This document shows positions 63,422-64,000 of a stretch of DNA of 64,000 nucleotides, one piece after another; within the stretch, counting starts at the first letter, position 1, and the number at the start of each line of letters is the position of its first letter. The notes under the pieces are model-generated. The model was not told the DNA's origin. It was given only the letters and a program-made list of their open reading frames with translations, and did no database searches. The stretch lies in assembly GCA_010015585.1 (NCBI GenBank), contig ML975167.1; one strand, given 5' to 3'. This stretch comes from Eremomyces bilateralis CBS 781.70 (taxonomy: Eukaryota). The translations under genes and the position numbers were made by a program.

Positions 63422-64000
63422 ATGGTCACGATCGCCGAACCGCCTATGATGACCAGTATCGTACCTCCCGAACCCTCCGAACCCGTCGGACCCGATAGCA
63501 TCACAAACCGCAAAACCAATGGGGTTATTGAGGTTCAGGAAATCGATGTTCCTGAGAAGCCGTCGCTGTTAGTCTTGATAGAGGACGGGCAAGACGAAAT
63601 TCTCAGTATAGTGGCTGATGTGCTCGGGCAGCCATGTTGTCTGGTCTCATCGTGTGATACGGTCCAGCAGGAACCATATCATACAGTCCTCGGTCTTCAT
63701 AGCAAACTCGTCGCAGCGGATGTCCGAAGCTTAGCACCGAGCAGGACGGTCATCCATACTCATTGCGTGGATAATCCAGTCGAAAGTGACCCGGCTCTCT
63801 CACAGATATGTGATTATGAGTATTTGTACTCTATGACCCCGTATCTGAGGAGAGATGTAGCACGATTCCTCGGATTTATCCTCGGCCAGATAGGCCACCA
63901 TCGAGATTTGACGAAGAAGAAACGAACCACTCTGATTTCAACCACATTTCCAGACGTCCATGCTGCTCTTCCCAACCTGGACATCCTTTCTGTCGGAGCG
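63422..64000 (+). CDS. Partial ORF: AROM/QutR-related protein (degenerate shikimate-kinase region then start of type I 3-dehydroquinase domain)
   Basis: Open from ATG 63422 to the window edge and absent from the ORF track. ...ICDYEY...FLGFILGQIGHHRDLTKKKRTTLISTTFPDVHAALPNLDILSVGA resembles the kinase-to-DHQase junction of AROM. Confidence 0.72.
   Translation, partial: MVTIAEPPMMTSIVPPEPSEPVGPDSITNRKTNGVIEVQEIDVPEKPSLLVLIEDGQDEILSIVADVLGQPCCLVSSCDTVQQEPYHTVLGLHSKLVAADVRSLAPSRTVIHTHCVDNPVESDPALSQICDYEYLYSMTPYLRRDVARFLGFILGQIGHHRDLTKKKRTTLISTTFPDVHAALPNLDILSVGA

Overview
This is eukaryotic genomic DNA from a filamentous ascomycete (Pezizomycotina-like). It is gene-dense, with mostly 45-60 nt GT-AG introns carrying CTRAC-type branch points. 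I can support about 23 protein-coding genes and one pseudogene. Housekeeping genes include Ydc2/Cce1 resolvase, Elp1, Cox8/COX7C, Mtr4, Sts1/Cut8, Ccz1, Kgd4/MRPS36, Med18, PNKP, an Aco2-type aconitase, MRPL32, septin Cdc10, complex I 21.3 kDa subunit and Tcp11/Sok1. Also present are a Pth11-like receptor, a GPI-anchored Cys-domain protein, an AAAP amino-acid permease, a Zip3/RNF212-like RING protein, and an AROM-derived ORF cut off by the window end. I saw no tRNA, rRNA, CRISPR array or recognisable transposon. The main unexplained signals are: (1) a recurrent strand-symmetric block of C-rich then G-rich sequence at about 10 loci, strong enough to reshape protein composition; (2) an unannotated tandem pseudogene of an uncharacterised protein carrying SUMO-site and SIM motifs; (3) a Zip3-type RING gene; (4) an AROM-like ORF whose kinase P-loop is lost; (5) five enlarged consecutive introns in PNKP; (6) a 6 kb gene-free interval. 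All gene identities come from motif recognition and manual splicing; no database search was run.
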